The notes under the pieces: generated by a model | The model's input: only the letters and a program-made list of their open reading frames with translations | The model's database searches: none | What the model was told of the DNA's origin: nothing | Part shown: in pieces, positions 7,862 to 18,732 of the stretch | How the letters are laid out: each line of letters opens with the position of its first letter | Position numbering within the stretch: position 1 is the first letter of the stretch | Assembly (NCBI RefSeq): GCF_000039765.1 | Contig: NC_004460.2 | Coordinates: 570,001-602,000 of the forward strand | Origin: Vibrio vulnificus CMCP6 | GTDB taxonomy: Bacteria > Pseudomonadota > Gammaproteobacteria > Enterobacterales > Vibrionaceae | Direction: 5' to 3' | DNA length: 32,000 nt | Position numbers and translations under genes: made by a program

Positions 7862-9635
7862 ATGACTATCAAGCAGAAGCTCTATGCGTTAGGTGCAATA
7901 GGCCATTCTCGGTATCATTACCCTTCTATTCACCTCAAACCACTTTGTGGATAAATCCAACCAATTACAGCAGGCCATTAAGTTGGTCGGTGACTTGGAA
8001 ATTCGTCTCCTCAACCTACGTCGAAACGAAAAAGATTTCTTATTGCGAAGCGACGCAAAATATCTCAGCTCGTTTGATAAAAACGTCGACATATTTGTGA
8101 ACACTGAAAAGCAGTTGGAAGCTATTTTGGACGCCAATGACCTTCCATCCAGCGCCCAGTTTAGACAAGACTTACTCAAGTACCAGAAAGGCTTCCAGAC
8201 CCTTGTTGCCGCTTCTCAAACCTTAGGGCTTTCTAACGAGCAAGGCTTGCTCGCCAGCTACTTTACTGCTCTGGACGCCGTTGAACAGAATGCCGATGCC
8301 GACCAATTATTGAAACTCATCGAGTTTAATAGTGCGACGCTCAAAGGGGATCTGCAAGAGAACCTCCTTGCCGGTCTTAGCAACACACAAACATTGACTC
8401 GCGCCGCTAAAGAGGTGGTGAATCAGCGTGTGGTTATTGGTGTCGCTTACAACAAAGGTTTGCTGGGCGATGTTCGCAATCTCTCCCACCAAGTTGAAGA
8501 GCAGTTTAAATCATTTTCTAAAGCACTGAATGAAGCCAATGCCACTCAAGAAGAAGAAATGGGTGTGGTAAAACAGATCATCACGCTCGGTTTGCTGGCG
8601 CTGCTGGTGATTGTTATCTTGCAAATTTCTCGCTCGATTAACAATCAAGTCCATGCCCTTGCCACCACGATTAAAGCCATTTCTGAAAGCAACAACATTG
8701 GTTTACGAAGCGAGCTGAAAGGAAACGATGAGTTAACGATGATTGGCCAACAACTGAATACTTTGTTGGAAAAAATCGAACAGCTGATTTTCAGCTCCCA
8801 AGAAAAATCGTCTCAGCTCACCAGCAGCACTAATAATATGCACACTGAGCTTGAAGGCGTGATCGAGCAGTTCCACGTTCAAGCGGATCACACCAGCACG
8901 ATGGCCACCTCTGTTCAAGAAATGGTGGCAACCATTGGTGAGATTTCTGAAAGCACCAATATTGCGGTGGAAGGTGTACAACAAGCGGCGAAGAATGCGG
9001 AATCTGGCCGTAACGTCGTGGAGTCGACCGTGAAAAACATCGATCAATTGACGGGCATCTTAGCTAACAGTCAACAGTCGATTGGTTCACTGAATGGCCA
9101 TGTCGAAAAAATTGGCGGCGCGGTCGAGATCATTCAAGGCATAGCAGAGCAAACTAACCTATTGGCGCTTAATGCGGCAATCGAAGCAGCTCGTGCTGGA
9201 GAACAAGGCCGAGGCTTTGCCGTGGTTGCGGATGAAGTTCGTGCTCTAGCCAGCCGCACCCATCAGTCAACAGAAGAGATCACGAAGGTGGTCTCAGCGA
9301 TCCAATCGCAAATGGCTAAAGTGGTATCAGATATCGACCAATGTAATGAACAAGGCCAAGAAACCCTACATGCATCTGAGCAGCTTGATTCAAGCCTGCG
9401 CCAGATCATCAATGATATGACCAATATTCAGGCCAACTCTGAACGCATCGCTTCAGCCATTGAAGAGCAAGGTGTGGTTATGGGCCAAGTAAGCGGCTCC
9501 ATTACCGAGCTGAACACCATTTCGGAAAACAACATGCACTCAGCACAAGAGTGTTTGAGAGAAGTTGACCTTGTCTCCGAACAAGCGCATTCGATGGACA
9601 ATGCGGTCGCTCAGTTTAAAACTCGGCAACGTTAA
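7862..9635 (+). pseudogene. Methyl-accepting chemotaxis protein with a +1 frameshift in the N-terminal TM1 region (or a sequencing error)
   Basis: The ATG at 7862 gives [14 protein letters not shown] and then stops at 7952. Shifted by one base from 7905, the reading continues [20 protein letters not shown]... into the 562-aa ORF 7947..9635. That ORF has a helical periplasmic domain, TM2 ([17 protein letters not shown]), a HAMP domain and the signalling domain [39 protein letters not shown] at 7899-7901 blocks the main frame upstream. Confidence 0.8.
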
Positions 9636-9651
9636 TAGCATTCATGCTAAT

Positions 9652-9684
9652 AAAAAAATGCCCCAACTCAGTTGGGGCATTTTA
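9652..9684. terminator. Bidirectional rho-independent terminator between the MCP gene and the RND operon
   Basis: AAAAAAA-atgccccaac (9658-9667), loop tca, gttggggcat (9671-9680), then TTT. Confidence 0.85.
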
Positions 9685-9713
9685 CTATCTGTCAGAAGAG
9701 AAGATTCTTCGCA

Positions 9714-12700
9714 CTATTCATCATCCAATGGAATGAGCTTGGTGCTGCCTCCGTGTGCTTGCTCCCGCTTTCTTTGCACCAACGCATAGAAACCTGGGAT
9801 CAAGAAGGTACCGGCCAATAACACACACAGCAAGCCGCCAACAAGAGAAATGCCCAGCGAGTTTTGACTCACATGACCAGCGCCTGCTGCAAAAATCAGC
9901 GGGAAAATCCCCAAAATAAACGACCAAGATGTCATGTTTACGGCCCTGAAGCGCAATTTACCACCTTGAACGGCAGCCTCATCGATGGCCACCTCTTTGT
10001 CTTCCCTTTGCTGCTTGGCAAATTCCACAATCAAGATGGCGTTCTTGGCAGCCAGAGCGATGAGCAGAACCAAACCTATCTGAGCATAGAGATTCAGTGG
10101 TGTCCCGGTTAAGTTCAGCGCAAGGAACGATCCTAACGTCGCCACGGGTACCACCAAAATAATCGCCAACGGGATGGTCCAACTTTCATACTGAGCCACC
10201 ATGAACAGGTAGATGAAAATTAACGCCAGTGCAAAAGCGTAAATCGCTTGGTTGCCTGCCAATACTTCTTGATACGCCATACCAGTCCACTCGTAGGTGT
10301 AACCTTGAGGAAGCAGCTCTGCCGCAATACGTTCCATTGCCGCAATGGCATCGCCACTGGAATAGCCCGGTGCAGGTTGGCCTTGAATAATGGCGCTGCG
10401 GTACATGTTGTAACGCCATGCCACATCGGGCTCAAACACCTGTTCATAACTCAACAGTGTACTGAGTGGCACCATTTCACCAGAGGAGGTACGAACGTGG
10501 AAACGCGACAGATCGTCCATACTGCTGCGATGTTCACTATCGGCTTGCATCGTCACACGGAAGTTTTTGCCAAACATAGTGAAATCATTCACGTACATCG
10601 AACCAAGATTGCCCTGTAACGTTTGGAAGATCGACGACAGCGGAATGCCTAGTTGCTGCGCTTTTTCACGATCAATATCGACATAGTAATGCGGTACATT
10701 CGCTCGAAACGTGCTAAAGGTATAGGCAATTTCAGGCGCTTGATTCGCCGCTTGGATCATTTCTCCCATCACCATCGCTAAATCGGTTCGACTTCGGCCC
10801 AGCGTATCTTCTAGTGCAAACTCAAAACCTGAAGCGGCGCCCATTCCCGGCACTGCCGGTGGCCCCATAGCAAACACAACTGCCTGTGGCAGCTCCATTG
10901 CTGCTCGGCCATTAATACGCTGAGCAATCGCATTCGCCGAGTGGTTTCCATTTAGCCCGTTGCGCATTTCCCAATCGTGCAACTTGATAAACAGTGAAGC
11001 GCCATTCGAAGCGGCAGCTCCCGTCATAAACGAAAAGCCATTGGCCACCGTCACACCATCCACTCCCGGCTCTTGCTCCACCATATTAAGAAGATGATTG
11101 GTCACTTCTTCGGTGCGAGACAAAGAAGCAGAGTCTGGCAGTTGCACATTCACCAGCAAGATGCCTTTATCTTCTTGCGGTACAAAAGCGGTAGACGTGG
11201 TTTTGGCAAAAAACGCCACCGCAGCGACAGCAACCATGAAAAAAGCCACCAGTAACAGTGATTTTTTCACTAAGAATCCCGCCACCTGGCCATAACGTTC
11301 AGTGACGCGCTCGAGACCACGGTTGAAGGTTTTAAACCAATTTGCGGTGTTTTCTCCCCCCTGCTTAAGCACCAAAGAGCAAAGTGCGGGCGCCAAGGTC
11401 AAGGCGTTGATCGACGAGATCACCACCGAGATACAGATAGTCAACGCGAACTGGCGGTACATAATGCCGGTAATACCCGGCAGCATCGCCACTGGCAAGA
11501 AAACCGCCAACAGTACTAACGTAGAGGTAATGATTGGCCCGGTCACCTCTTTCATCGCCATCAAAGTGGCTTTGCGTGGTGAGATACTTGGGTCCTTCGC
11601 CATCGTCGTATCGACGTTTTCGATCACCAAAATCGCATCATCAACCACGATACCAATGGCCAAGATCAAACCAAACAGCGTGACGGTGTTGATGGTGAAG
11701 CCGGTGGCGAGCATAACCGCAAAAGTACCGATCAGTGAGACAGGGATCGCCACAACCGGTATCAACGTTGCACGTGCGCTCCCCAAGAACAAGTAGGTCA
11801 CGGCAATCACCAATAGAATTGCTTCAATCAGGGTCTTCACCACCCCTTTGATGGATTCCGCCACAAACACCGTTGTGTCGTAGCTGGTTTCATACGCCAT
11901 CCCTGCAGGGAAATTGCCGCTTAAACGTTCAAGCAGCTCCATCACCGCTTGGCCGCTTTCTAGCGCATTAGCATCAGATTGCAGCGACAGTGCTACGATC
12001 GACGCATCGCGCCCACGGAACTTACCGTTGCCATCGTAGAACTTTTTCCCCAATTCCACTCTGGCGACATCTTTTAAGTAAACGCTTGAACCATCTGAAT
12101 TGGCTCGCAATACTACATTTTCAAACTCGCTAACGCTCTCCAAACGCCCTTTTGTGACTAGGTTGAACTGAACTTCCTGAGGGTTATTGTAGGGCGCAGC
12201 ACCAATACGCCCAGCGGCAACTTGGACGTTTTGCTGGCTTAATGCCGAGTAGACATCCGAGGTGGTGAGCTTGAGGTTGGCCATTTTTTCAGGGTCAAGC
12301 CAAACGCGCATCGCGTACTCACCGCCACCAATCACGTTTACTTCACTGATGCCTTTAACGCGCGCAAGTTGGTCTTTAACGTTGAGGTTGATGTAGTTGA
12401 TTAAGAATTGATCGTCATATTTGCCGTCGGGCGAATAGAAGTTCAGTACCATCAACAAGTCCGGAGAGCGTTTTTTCACTGTCACACCGACCATGCGTAC
12501 TTCTTGCGGCAGCTTTGACTCAATTTGGGCGACACGGTTTTGCACGTTCACCTGTGCCATGTCTGGATCGGTGCCGACATCAAAGGTCACGTTTAGGCTG
12601 TACGAACCATCGTTGGCACTCTTGGACGACATGTAGATCATGTTCTCCACACCGTTGACCGAGGTCTCGATCGGATCCGCAATCGCCTGTTCCACTACCT

Positions 12701-12866
12701 CGGCGCTCGCGCCGGTGTAATACGCGGTCACGCTCACCGACGGTGGGCTAATTTTGGGGTATTCCGCAACGGGTAAGACTGCCAGAGCAATGGCACCAGC
12801 CAGCGTGAGAATAATTGAGATCACCAGTGCAAACTTGGGTCTCTGAATAAAGAAACGACTTAACAT
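9714..12866 (-). CDS. RND-family multidrug efflux transporter, inner-membrane permease (AcrB/Vex-like, 1050 aa)
   Basis: [24 protein letters not shown]... The length, the 12-TM plus two large periplasmic loop organisation and the conserved motifs ([23 protein letters not shown]) are typical of HAE-1 RND pumps. Confidence 0.95.
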   Translation of the reverse strand: MLSRFFIQRPKFALVISIILTLAGAIALAVLPVAEYPKISPPSVSVTAYYTGASAEVVEQAIADPIETSVNGVENMIYMSSKSANDGSYSLNVTFDVGTDPDMAQVNVQNRVAQIESKLPQEVRMVGVTVKKRSPDLLMVLNFYSPDGKYDDQFLINYINLNVKDQLARVKGISEVNVIGGGEYAMRVWLDPEKMANLKLTTSDVYSALSQQNVQVAAGRIGAAPYNNPQEVQFNLVTKGRLESVSEFENVVLRANSDGSSVYLKDVARVELGKKFYDGNGKFRGRDASIVALSLQSDANALESGQAVMELLERLSGNFPAGMAYETSYDTTVFVAESIKGVVKTLIEAILLVIAVTYLFLGSARATLIPVVAIPVSLIGTFAVMLATGFTINTVTLFGLILAIGIVVDDAILVIENVDTTMAKDPSISPRKATLMAMKEVTGPIITSTLVLLAVFLPVAMLPGITGIMYRQFALTICISVVISSINALTLAPALCSLVLKQGGENTANWFKTFNRGLERVTERYGQVAGFLVKKSLLLVAFFMVAVAAVAFFAKTTSTAFVPQEDKGILLVNVQLPDSASLSRTEEVTNHLLNMVEQEPGVDGVTVANGFSFMTGAAASNGASLFIKLHDWEMRNGLNGNHSANAIAQRINGRAAMELPQAVVFAMGPPAVPGMGAASGFEFALEDTLGRSRTDLAMVMGEMIQAANQAPEIAYTFSTFRANVPHYYVDIDREKAQQLGIPLSSIFQTLQGNLGSMYVNDFTMFGKNFRVTMQADSEHRSSMDDLSRFHVRTSSGEMVPLSTLLSYEQVFEPDVAWRYNMYRSAIIQGQPAPGYSSGDAIAAMERIAAELLPQGYTYEWTGMAYQEVLAGNQAIYAFALALIFIYLFMVAQYESWTIPLAIILVVPVATLGSFLALNLTGTPLNLYAQIGLVLLIALAAKNAILIVEFAKQQREDKEVAIDEAAVQGGKLRFRAVNMTSWSFILGIFPLIFAAGAGHVSQNSLGISLVGGLLCVLLAGTFLIPGFYALVQRKREQAHGGSTKLIPLDDE

Positions 12867-12875
12867 AACGCCTCC

Positions 12876-14003
12876 TTACTGCTTCGATTCGGTTGGCGTT
12901 TGCACACGCACTTGCATGCCGTTTCTCACACGCTGCAATCCTTGGGTGATAACGACATCATCCTGCGTCAAGCCTTCACGAATCACCACACCTTGCTCAA
13001 CTTGTGCGCCTAAAGAGACATTTCGACGCTCTGCCACCTCCCCCAGGGTCATAACCATCACGAAATGCCCTTCAAGATCCGTCTGCACTGCACGGCGCGG
13101 CACCACCACCACCGACTTAGCTTGTTTCTCTCGCAAATTGACTTTGATGTGTTGACCCGGCAGCAATTGATGATCGGGATTTGCCACCACCGCTCTCAAT
13201 GCAATGGTGCCCGTTTTGGTATCAATGCGATTACCTAAGTAATCCAAGCGCCCTAAATGCGGATATTCTTTACCATTTTCCAGTTGCAGCTGGACTTCTA
13301 CACCAGCCGATGGTGTAGAGCCATCTCCCTTAATTCTTTCAATGCCTAAAGCTAAACGCTCACGCTCGCTAATGCTGAATGCGGTATGAATAGGATCAAG
13401 GCTGACTAAGGTGGTTAAGATGCCTGCAGAAGGAGAAACCAAATCTCCCGTGCTGACTTTGGAATCGCTAATGCGGCCTGAAAATGGCGCTCGAATTTGA
13501 GTATAAGAAAGGTTAACGTCTGCCAATTTCAACTGTGCATTTGCCGCTTCAAGCTGCGCTTGTGCGCCCAGAAGACCAGCAGTCAAAGCATCAAATTCCG
13601 ACTGCGAAATACTGCCACGTGGCAGCAAGTTCTTGCCACGTTGATGATCTAACTCCGCTTTCTTCAATGATGCTTTCGCTTGAGCCAGTGACGCCTTCGC
13701 ACTGGCAACCTGAGCTTCAAACGACGATGGTTCAATAGTGTAAAGTAGCGCCCCCTTTTCAACCAACTGGCCTTCCTCAAAATGGCGAGCTTTCAGATAG
13801 CCAGAGACTTGTGCGGTAATGTTGGTATCTTCAACCGCTTCCACACGCCCGATATAGGCGTTGCTGGGTTGGTAATCTAACATCAGTACCTCTTGCGTCA
13901 CGACCAGAGGCGCCATCGTATTACGCTGTTGAAGCGTTTTGTCCTCGCATCCTGCCAACAGAGCCGAAGCCACAACAAGTCCGACAATTGGTTTTAATTT
14001 CAT
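12876..14003 (-). CDS. RND efflux periplasmic adaptor (membrane-fusion protein), lipoprotein
   Basis: Start at the ATG (complement of 14001-14003): MKLKPIVGLVVASALLAGC, with lipobox LAGC. Coiled-coil hairpin (AQVASAKASLAQAKASLKKAELD...) and a beta-barrel domain. It lies 9 nt upstream of the RND gene. Confidence 0.9.
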   Translation of the reverse strand: MKLKPIVGLVVASALLAGCEDKTLQQRNTMAPLVVTQEVLMLDYQPSNAYIGRVEAVEDTNITAQVSGYLKARHFEEGQLVEKGALLYTIEPSSFEAQVASAKASLAQAKASLKKAELDHQRGKNLLPRGSISQSEFDALTAGLLGAQAQLEAANAQLKLADVNLSYTQIRAPFSGRISDSKVSTGDLVSPSAGILTTLVSLDPIHTAFSISERERLALGIERIKGDGSTPSAGVEVQLQLENGKEYPHLGRLDYLGNRIDTKTGTIALRAVVANPDHQLLPGQHIKVNLREKQAKSVVVVPRRAVQTDLEGHFVMVMTLGEVAERRNVSLGAQVEQGVVIREGLTQDDVVITQGLQRVRNGMQVRVQTPTESKQ

Positions 14004-14348
14004 ACATTTACCATACTTATAAAACGGAGTTTTGTTTAAAATACGCAAGCTTGCTACAAGAATTGTCCGAGAACTATCAGATAAAAAATCAAAACTGTTT
14101 CAAACTGTAAAGGTCTGAAACGAGCAGAAAAGAAGGTTATCAACTGCACCGAGTTGTTGAACTGATGTAACACCGAATCCCTTGAAGCACGAGGGACATG
14201 AGCAAGATTCACCGGCTAAAGAACCGTTTTTTCCATCGGATTGATGAGTGCAGAGAACGCTTTTCAGCAGATATCATTAGGGATGACTATGTTTTTAAAT
14301 AAAATACGTTATTATTCAGCCAACAGCCTAATGAAGAGAGGGTAATGA

Positions 14349-14807
14349 ATGATTTCTAAATGGGCAAAACGCTTCTATCAAATGGCAGAATTAGTCGCCT
14401 CTTGGAGTAAAGATCCATCCACTCAAGTGGGTGCGGTGATCACCAAACAGAACCGTATCGTTTCTGTTGGCTTTAACGGATATCCACACGGTGTTTCCGA
14501 TAGCGTCGACACCGACGAGCGTGAATTGAAATACCTCAAAACACTGCACGCCGAAGAAAACGCCATTCTGTTTTCTAAGCGTGATTTGGACGGATGTGAA
14601 ATTTGGGTCACTCACTTTCCTTGCCCAAATTGTGCTGCAAAGATTATTCAAACGGGCATTTCGCGCGTGCACTGCCCTGAGCAATCGGAAGATTTTCTTT
14701 CCCGCTGGGGTGACAAAATTGCCGTAAGCCAAGATATGTTCAATCAAGCAGGTGTCGAAGTAAATTGGCTTCCTGTCAATGAACTAGGCGAAGAAGGCGT
14801 ACGTTGA
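14349..14807 (+). CDS. dCMP (deoxycytidylate) deaminase family protein, stand-alone 152 aa
   Basis: The zinc-binding signature is HAEENAI ... PCPNCA (HAE...PCxxC), and the size is typical of the ComEB/Dctd type. Confidence 0.85.
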   Translation: MISKWAKRFYQMAELVASWSKDPSTQVGAVITKQNRIVSVGFNGYPHGVSDSVDTDERELKYLKTLHAEENAILFSKRDLDGCEIWVTHFPCPNCAAKIIQTGISRVHCPEQSEDFLSRWGDKIAVSQDMFNQAGVEVNWLPVNELGEEGVR

Positions 14808-14855
14808 TCACTCAGCCATTAAACAGCACGTTATTGAGAATAATCATTAAGAAAA

Positions 14856-14882
14856 TAGCCCAGCAATGCTGGGCTAGTTTTT
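14856..14882. terminator. Bidirectional rho-independent terminator between the deaminase gene and pepT
   Basis: tagcccagc (14856-14864), loop aat, gctgggcta (14868-14876), then gTTTTT. An A-run lies on the other side. Confidence 0.85.
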
Positions 14883-14898
14883 GATGCTCACAGAAGCG

Positions 14899-16128
14899 TT
14901 AAGCGTATTTTTTCGCTGTTAGTTCGGCTATTTTTACGATCACCTGAACCGATTTTTCCATCTGCTCTATTGACGCAAACTCATGAATACCGTGGAAGTT
15001 GTACCCACCCGTGAAAATATTTGGGCAAGGCAATCCCATGAAGGATAAACGAGCTCCATCCGTTCCACCACGGATAGGCTTAATGATAGGTTCAACGTCA
15101 CACACTTCCATTGCTTGCTTCGCCAACTCAATCACATGTGGGAAAGGCTCAACTTTCTCTTTCATGTTGTAGTAGCTGTCGGTGAAGCGGATCTCAACCG
15201 AGCCATGCTTAAGCTGAGTGTTCATATCGTCCGCTAGGGACTGCATAAACGCCTTACGGCGAGCAATGCCGTCGCGATCAAAGTCTCGAAGAATGTAACC
15301 TAGCTCTGATCGCGCCACACCCATTTCGGCTGATTTGAGATGATAAAAACCTTGGTAGCCTTCGGTGGTTTCTGGTGTTTCATCTGCTGGCATTCGGCAA
15401 TGGAATTGCGATGCCAATGTCATTGCGTTCACCATTTTGTCTTTTGCTGTCCCGGGGTGAACACTCACACCATGAAAAATAACGTCTGCACTGGATGCAT
15501 TGAAGTTTTCATATTCCAACTCGCCTTGCGGCCCGCCATCAATGGTGTAGGCCCATTCTGCGCCAAAGCGTTCAACATTGAACAAATCCGCCCCGCGGCC
15601 AATCTCTTCATCAGGCGTAAAGCCAATACAAATGTCGCCATGCGGAATGCTTGGATTTTCAATGAGCATCTCAATGGCCGATAAGATTTCCGCAATACCA
15701 GCTTTGTTATCGGCACCCAGCAAAGTAGTGCCATCTGTGGTAATTAAATTGTGACCATGTAGCGCATGCAGCTCAGGATACTGCACCGGAGAAAGCACTT
15801 CGTCTCCGATGCCGAGCGCGATGTCACCGCCATGATAATCTTCTATGATCTGCGGTTTCACATTTTTGCCAGAGGCGTCTGGCGCGGTATCCATGTGTGC
15901 GATAAAGCCAATCGCTGGAACTGGGTACGCCACATTACTTGGCAGCTTCGCCATCAAGTAGCCATGCTCATCCAACTCAACTTGACCGAGACCAAGGTCA
16001 AGCAGCTCTTGTTTGAGATGCTCTGCAAATTTCATTTGTCCAGACGTGCTTGGGCAGCATTTCTTTTTAGGGTTTGATTGAGTATCAAACGTCACATAGC
16101 GAATAAATCTTTGTACTAAATGTTTCAT
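14899..16128 (-). CDS. pepT: Peptidase T (tripeptide aminopeptidase, M20B)
   Basis: [18 protein letters not shown]...HMDTAPD...[13 protein letters not shown]...[11 protein letters not shown]...[29 protein letters not shown] is collinear with E. coli PepT. The start is the ATG at the complement of 16126-16128. Confidence 0.95.
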   Translation of the reverse strand: MKHLVQRFIRYVTFDTQSNPKKKCCPSTSGQMKFAEHLKQELLDLGLGQVELDEHGYLMAKLPSNVAYPVPAIGFIAHMDTAPDASGKNVKPQIIEDYHGGDIALGIGDEVLSPVQYPELHALHGHNLITTDGTTLLGADNKAGIAEILSAIEMLIENPSIPHGDICIGFTPDEEIGRGADLFNVERFGAEWAYTIDGGPQGELEYENFNASSADVIFHGVSVHPGTAKDKMVNAMTLASQFHCRMPADETPETTEGYQGFYHLKSAEMGVARSELGYILRDFDRDGIARRKAFMQSLADDMNTQLKHGSVEIRFTDSYYNMKEKVEPFPHVIELAKQAMEVCDVEPIIKPIRGGTDGARLSFMGLPCPNIFTGGYNFHGIHEFASIEQMEKSVQVIVKIAELTAKKYA

Positions 16129-16352
16129 GGCAATTCTCTTCTTCTTAGCCAACGAGAGTGGTGAATATAGTCATTATGATGAAGACACCTGCTCTACGAG
16201 TTGTCGGGCATAGAGTGAAGGCACAAGTTAGTGTGGTATGAACAACCCGACGCAACTATCTTACGCACTTGAAAAGATGAGAAATTGCTTTGAATCAGTT
16301 TTTCTGTCATTGACGAGGAATATTACGCAAACCATTCCATAGCGTTTGTCTG

Positions 16353-17240
16353 TTAGCGCCCAACAATTTGATTGTTCAACTCACTCGCTAAGTCACGCCA
16401 GTTTTTTACTTCAGAACGAAAATGTCGCCACTGTTTATCGCTCATGGTTTGGCTGATTTGGGGAATGTACTGGTTGGCTAACGCAATATTGAAATTCACT
16501 TTCTCGCTTAACTCAGGACTATAGTAACTCTCTGGTTGCAACAGAAGGCGCATCAAATTTTCATGTAGATAGTGGGGATCATGCTTGTTGTTTAACAGTT
16601 GGCGAACAACTTCCAACATTTTATTCCTGTGCTCTTGCCAATGTGGCGTGGTGATTTGCAGTTCACCGGCCCAACGAACCACCAGCGCTTTTTGCTCTGT
16701 GTTTAAACGGCCAATCCACTTCTCTAGGCTCTCTTCAATGCGTTCAACATAACGACGCCGACGTTCTTGCTCCGACCAGCCGCCGTATTTTTCATCCAAT
16801 TCTTGATATTTTTTTGCCAAATTATTCAATAACTCTTGCTCTTGTTTGGCACTGAGGGAAAGTGTTAAAGCATAGATATCTGGAGCAGCTCGCGTGGCGA
16901 GCCTTACTGTGTGCTGTTTAATGGCGGCTCGCTGTTTGATAACAAATTCAGCGGACACTTGTGCCGAGGTGACCGTTTCCAACTGTTGTAGTTGTTTGGC
17001 GTAGAGCGGCAATTCTTTTTCTTGATGCCAGCGCAGCAATTGCTGCAAGCGTTCGTCCAACATTGCTTCTTGCTCGTTTTCCAATGTCACATAGTCATCG
17101 ACATATTCGAGCACCACCCAATCGAGGTTGGTGTATAGAAATTTATTGGAGCAGCCTAATAAAATAAAGGCCAAAACAAGATAACTCAACGTCCGCCAAG
17201 TGGTTTTATTTCGACCTAAACTTCCACATCCTAGTGTCAT
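16353..17240 (-). CDS. Putative lipoprotein of unknown function (helical, Gln/Trp-rich)
   Basis: The N-terminus ...LSYLVLAFILLGCSN carries lipobox LLGC. An AAGGA SD lies 6 nt upstream. I recognise no catalytic motif. Confidence 0.6.
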   Translation of the reverse strand: MTLGCGSLGRNKTTWRTLSYLVLAFILLGCSNKFLYTNLDWVVLEYVDDYVTLENEQEAMLDERLQQLLRWHQEKELPLYAKQLQQLETVTSAQVSAEFVIKQRAAIKQHTVRLATRAAPDIYALTLSLSAKQEQELLNNLAKKYQELDEKYGGWSEQERRRRYVERIEESLEKWIGRLNTEQKALVVRWAGELQITTPHWQEHRNKMLEVVRQLLNNKHDPHYLHENLMRLLLQPESYYSPELSEKVNFNIALANQYIPQISQTMSDKQWRHFRSEVKNWRDLASELNNQIVGR

Positions 17241-17276
17241 CGAACATCCTTTTCTCGCCCAAGCGATGCGTTATAC

Positions 17277-17304
17277 GCGGGTGAATCAGTGACGGTTCAC
17301 CCGC
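17277..17304. terminator. GC-rich hairpin just downstream of the aldo/keto reductase gene (possible terminator; orientation ambiguous)
   Basis: gcgggtgaa (17277-17285) pairs with ttcacccgc (17296-17304). The T-run (17314-17319) follows on the plus strand only, so the assignment to the minus-strand gene is weak. Confidence 0.3.
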
Positions 17305-17319
17305 CACTGATTCTTTTTT

Positions 17320-18228
17320 CTATGGCACACCGTGGCCTTTAGAAGCCACCCAAACTCGGTACCACTGTTCACGGCTTAGCTCAATTTTCAATGCATTCAC
17401 GGCACTTTGAACACGTTCAATTTTGCCTGAACCAATGATAGGAATCGGTAGCGACGGTAGCTTTCTCACCCACGCATACACTACTTCATCAATGCTCTGT
17501 GCGCCGACTTCTTCGCGAATCGCCTCTAGCTCTTGACGCACGCGACTCTCCTGCTCCCCTTGGCCGGAAAACAGTGCGCCACCACCTAAACACGACCAAG
17601 CCATTGGACGAACACGTAACATCTGTAGTTGGTCCAGAGTGCCATCGTGTACTACGTCAAACTGAAGAGGATTGATTTCCACTTGGTTAGTCACCAGCGG
17701 CTTACTCAATCGAGATTGAAGCAACTCAAATTGACGGGGAGAGAAGTTCGACACACCGAAGTGCTTCACCTTGCCCACTTTATGCAGCTCACTGAAGGCC
17801 TCCGCTACCTCGTCGGCATCCATTAACGCGTCAGGACGATGGATAAGTAGCACATCCAGCTCATCCACCCCTAAACGTTCCAACGAGTTGTTCACTGACT
17901 GATAAATATGCGCAGCACTGGTATCGTAATGATTAACCTTACGATCTGGGTGCTTTGCCCCACATAAATTGATGTCGCATTTCGTCACGATTTGAATATC
18001 GCTACGTAAGCTTTTGTCTAACGCCAGCGCTTCACCGAATAGGCGTTCACACTCGTATTGTCCATAAATGTCTGCATGGTCAACCGTCGTGATGCCCATT
18101 TCGACATGTTGCTTGAGAAATGTTAAACGCTGTTGAGGGGTCATGTTCCATTCAGCCAAACGCCAATAACCTTGAACCAGCTCCGAAAACTCTGGCCCTT
18201 GTGGCGCAGTTACAACTTTCGCTACCAT
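17320..18228 (-). CDS. Aldo/keto reductase, YdhF-like oxidoreductase
   Basis: APQGPEFSELVQGYWRLAEWNM...TTVDHADIYG...LLIHRPDALMDADEVAEAF...HFGVSNFSPRQFELLQSRL...RPMAWSCLGGG...IIGSGKIERV is collinear with E. coli YdhF. An AAGGAG SD is present. Confidence 0.9.
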   Translation of the reverse strand: MVAKVVTAPQGPEFSELVQGYWRLAEWNMTPQQRLTFLKQHVEMGITTVDHADIYGQYECERLFGEALALDKSLRSDIQIVTKCDINLCGAKHPDRKVNHYDTSAAHIYQSVNNSLERLGVDELDVLLIHRPDALMDADEVAEAFSELHKVGKVKHFGVSNFSPRQFELLQSRLSKPLVTNQVEINPLQFDVVHDGTLDQLQMLRVRPMAWSCLGGGALFSGQGEQESRVRQELEAIREEVGAQSIDEVVYAWVRKLPSLPIPIIGSGKIERVQSAVNALKIELSREQWYRVWVASKGHGVP

Positions 18229-18318
18229 TGCGTACTCCTTATTTATCTTGTTAAATCCTAGACTTGTTTTGCCGTCGACTCAACGCGTAAACCCAAGGAA
18301 TTCGAACTGGAGTACGAA

Positions 18319-18732
18319 TTGATGAGTTTTGCCCAAAGATTAGCCAGCTTAATTGGCCAAGAGAGCGTCAGTGGTTTCGCTCGCCGTGTAGACCTGTCGG
18401 AAGCCCTGATTCGCAAGTACCTAAAAGGCACCGAGCCTAGTCTATCCAAAGCCAATCAAATTGCGATGCGAGCCAACTGTTCATTAGAGTGGTTAGCCAC
18501 AGGCTGCGGCTATCTTTACCGACAAGCAGAAGTCGTTGATGAACAGGCATTTAAAATGGCTTATCAATACGTGACGGGGCAAAAGCTCAACGAACAAGAA
18601 TGGCCAAACCAACAACAAGTTATTGCTGGCTATCAGTACCTACGTGCGCACAAGAAAGCAGATGGTTTTTTAGATCAAGAAGGTATGGCCGCGTTCATTT
18701 CTCGTTCTTCGTTGGCGGCAAAAAACGAGTAA
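18319..18732 (+). CDS. Phage-cI-type helix-turn-helix transcriptional regulator
   Basis: FAQRLASLIGQESVSGFARRVDLSEALIRKYLKGTEPSLSKANQIAMRANCSLEWLATG is an HTH of the cI-repressor type. The GGAG SD at 18309-18312 fits either the TTG at 18319 or the ATG at 18322. Confidence 0.75.
   Translation: MMSFAQRLASLIGQESVSGFARRVDLSEALIRKYLKGTEPSLSKANQIAMRANCSLEWLATGCGYLYRQAEVVDEQAFKMAYQYVTGQKLNEQEWPNQQQVIAGYQYLRAHKKADGFLDQEGMAAFISRSSLAAKNE

Noticed and set aside
9721-13738. Multiple 60-164-aa ORFs on both strands inside the RND and MFP genes (for example 11302..11796 +, 10248..10619 +, 12916..13155 +)
   Set aside because: All are nested within or antisense to two long genes with unambiguous family signatures. 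These are typical shadow frames.
14198-14302. A 34-codon ORF (MSKIHRLKNRFFHRIDECRERFSADIIRDDYVFK) upstream of the dCMP deaminase gene
   Set aside because: The only SD-like element (GAGG) is just 3 nt from the ATG. I recognise no similarity, and I cannot assess conservation from this window. It could be a chance ORF or a gene remnant.
14349-14807. The dCMP deaminase gene as a possible anti-phage nucleotide-depletion enzyme (DcdV/AvcD-like)
   Set aside because: It is a minimal 152-aa deaminase without the N-terminal P-loop kinase-like domain of the defence enzymes. Its composition is typical and no island context was seen, so it is most simply a housekeeping or salvage enzyme.
16160-16230. A possible FNR/CRP-type site upstream of pepT (TTGTGCCTTCACTC on the minus strand), considered because enteric pepT is FNR-activated
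   Set aside because: It is a poor match to TTGAT-N4-ATCAA, matching only about half of each half-site, and I cannot place it reliably relative to a -10 element.
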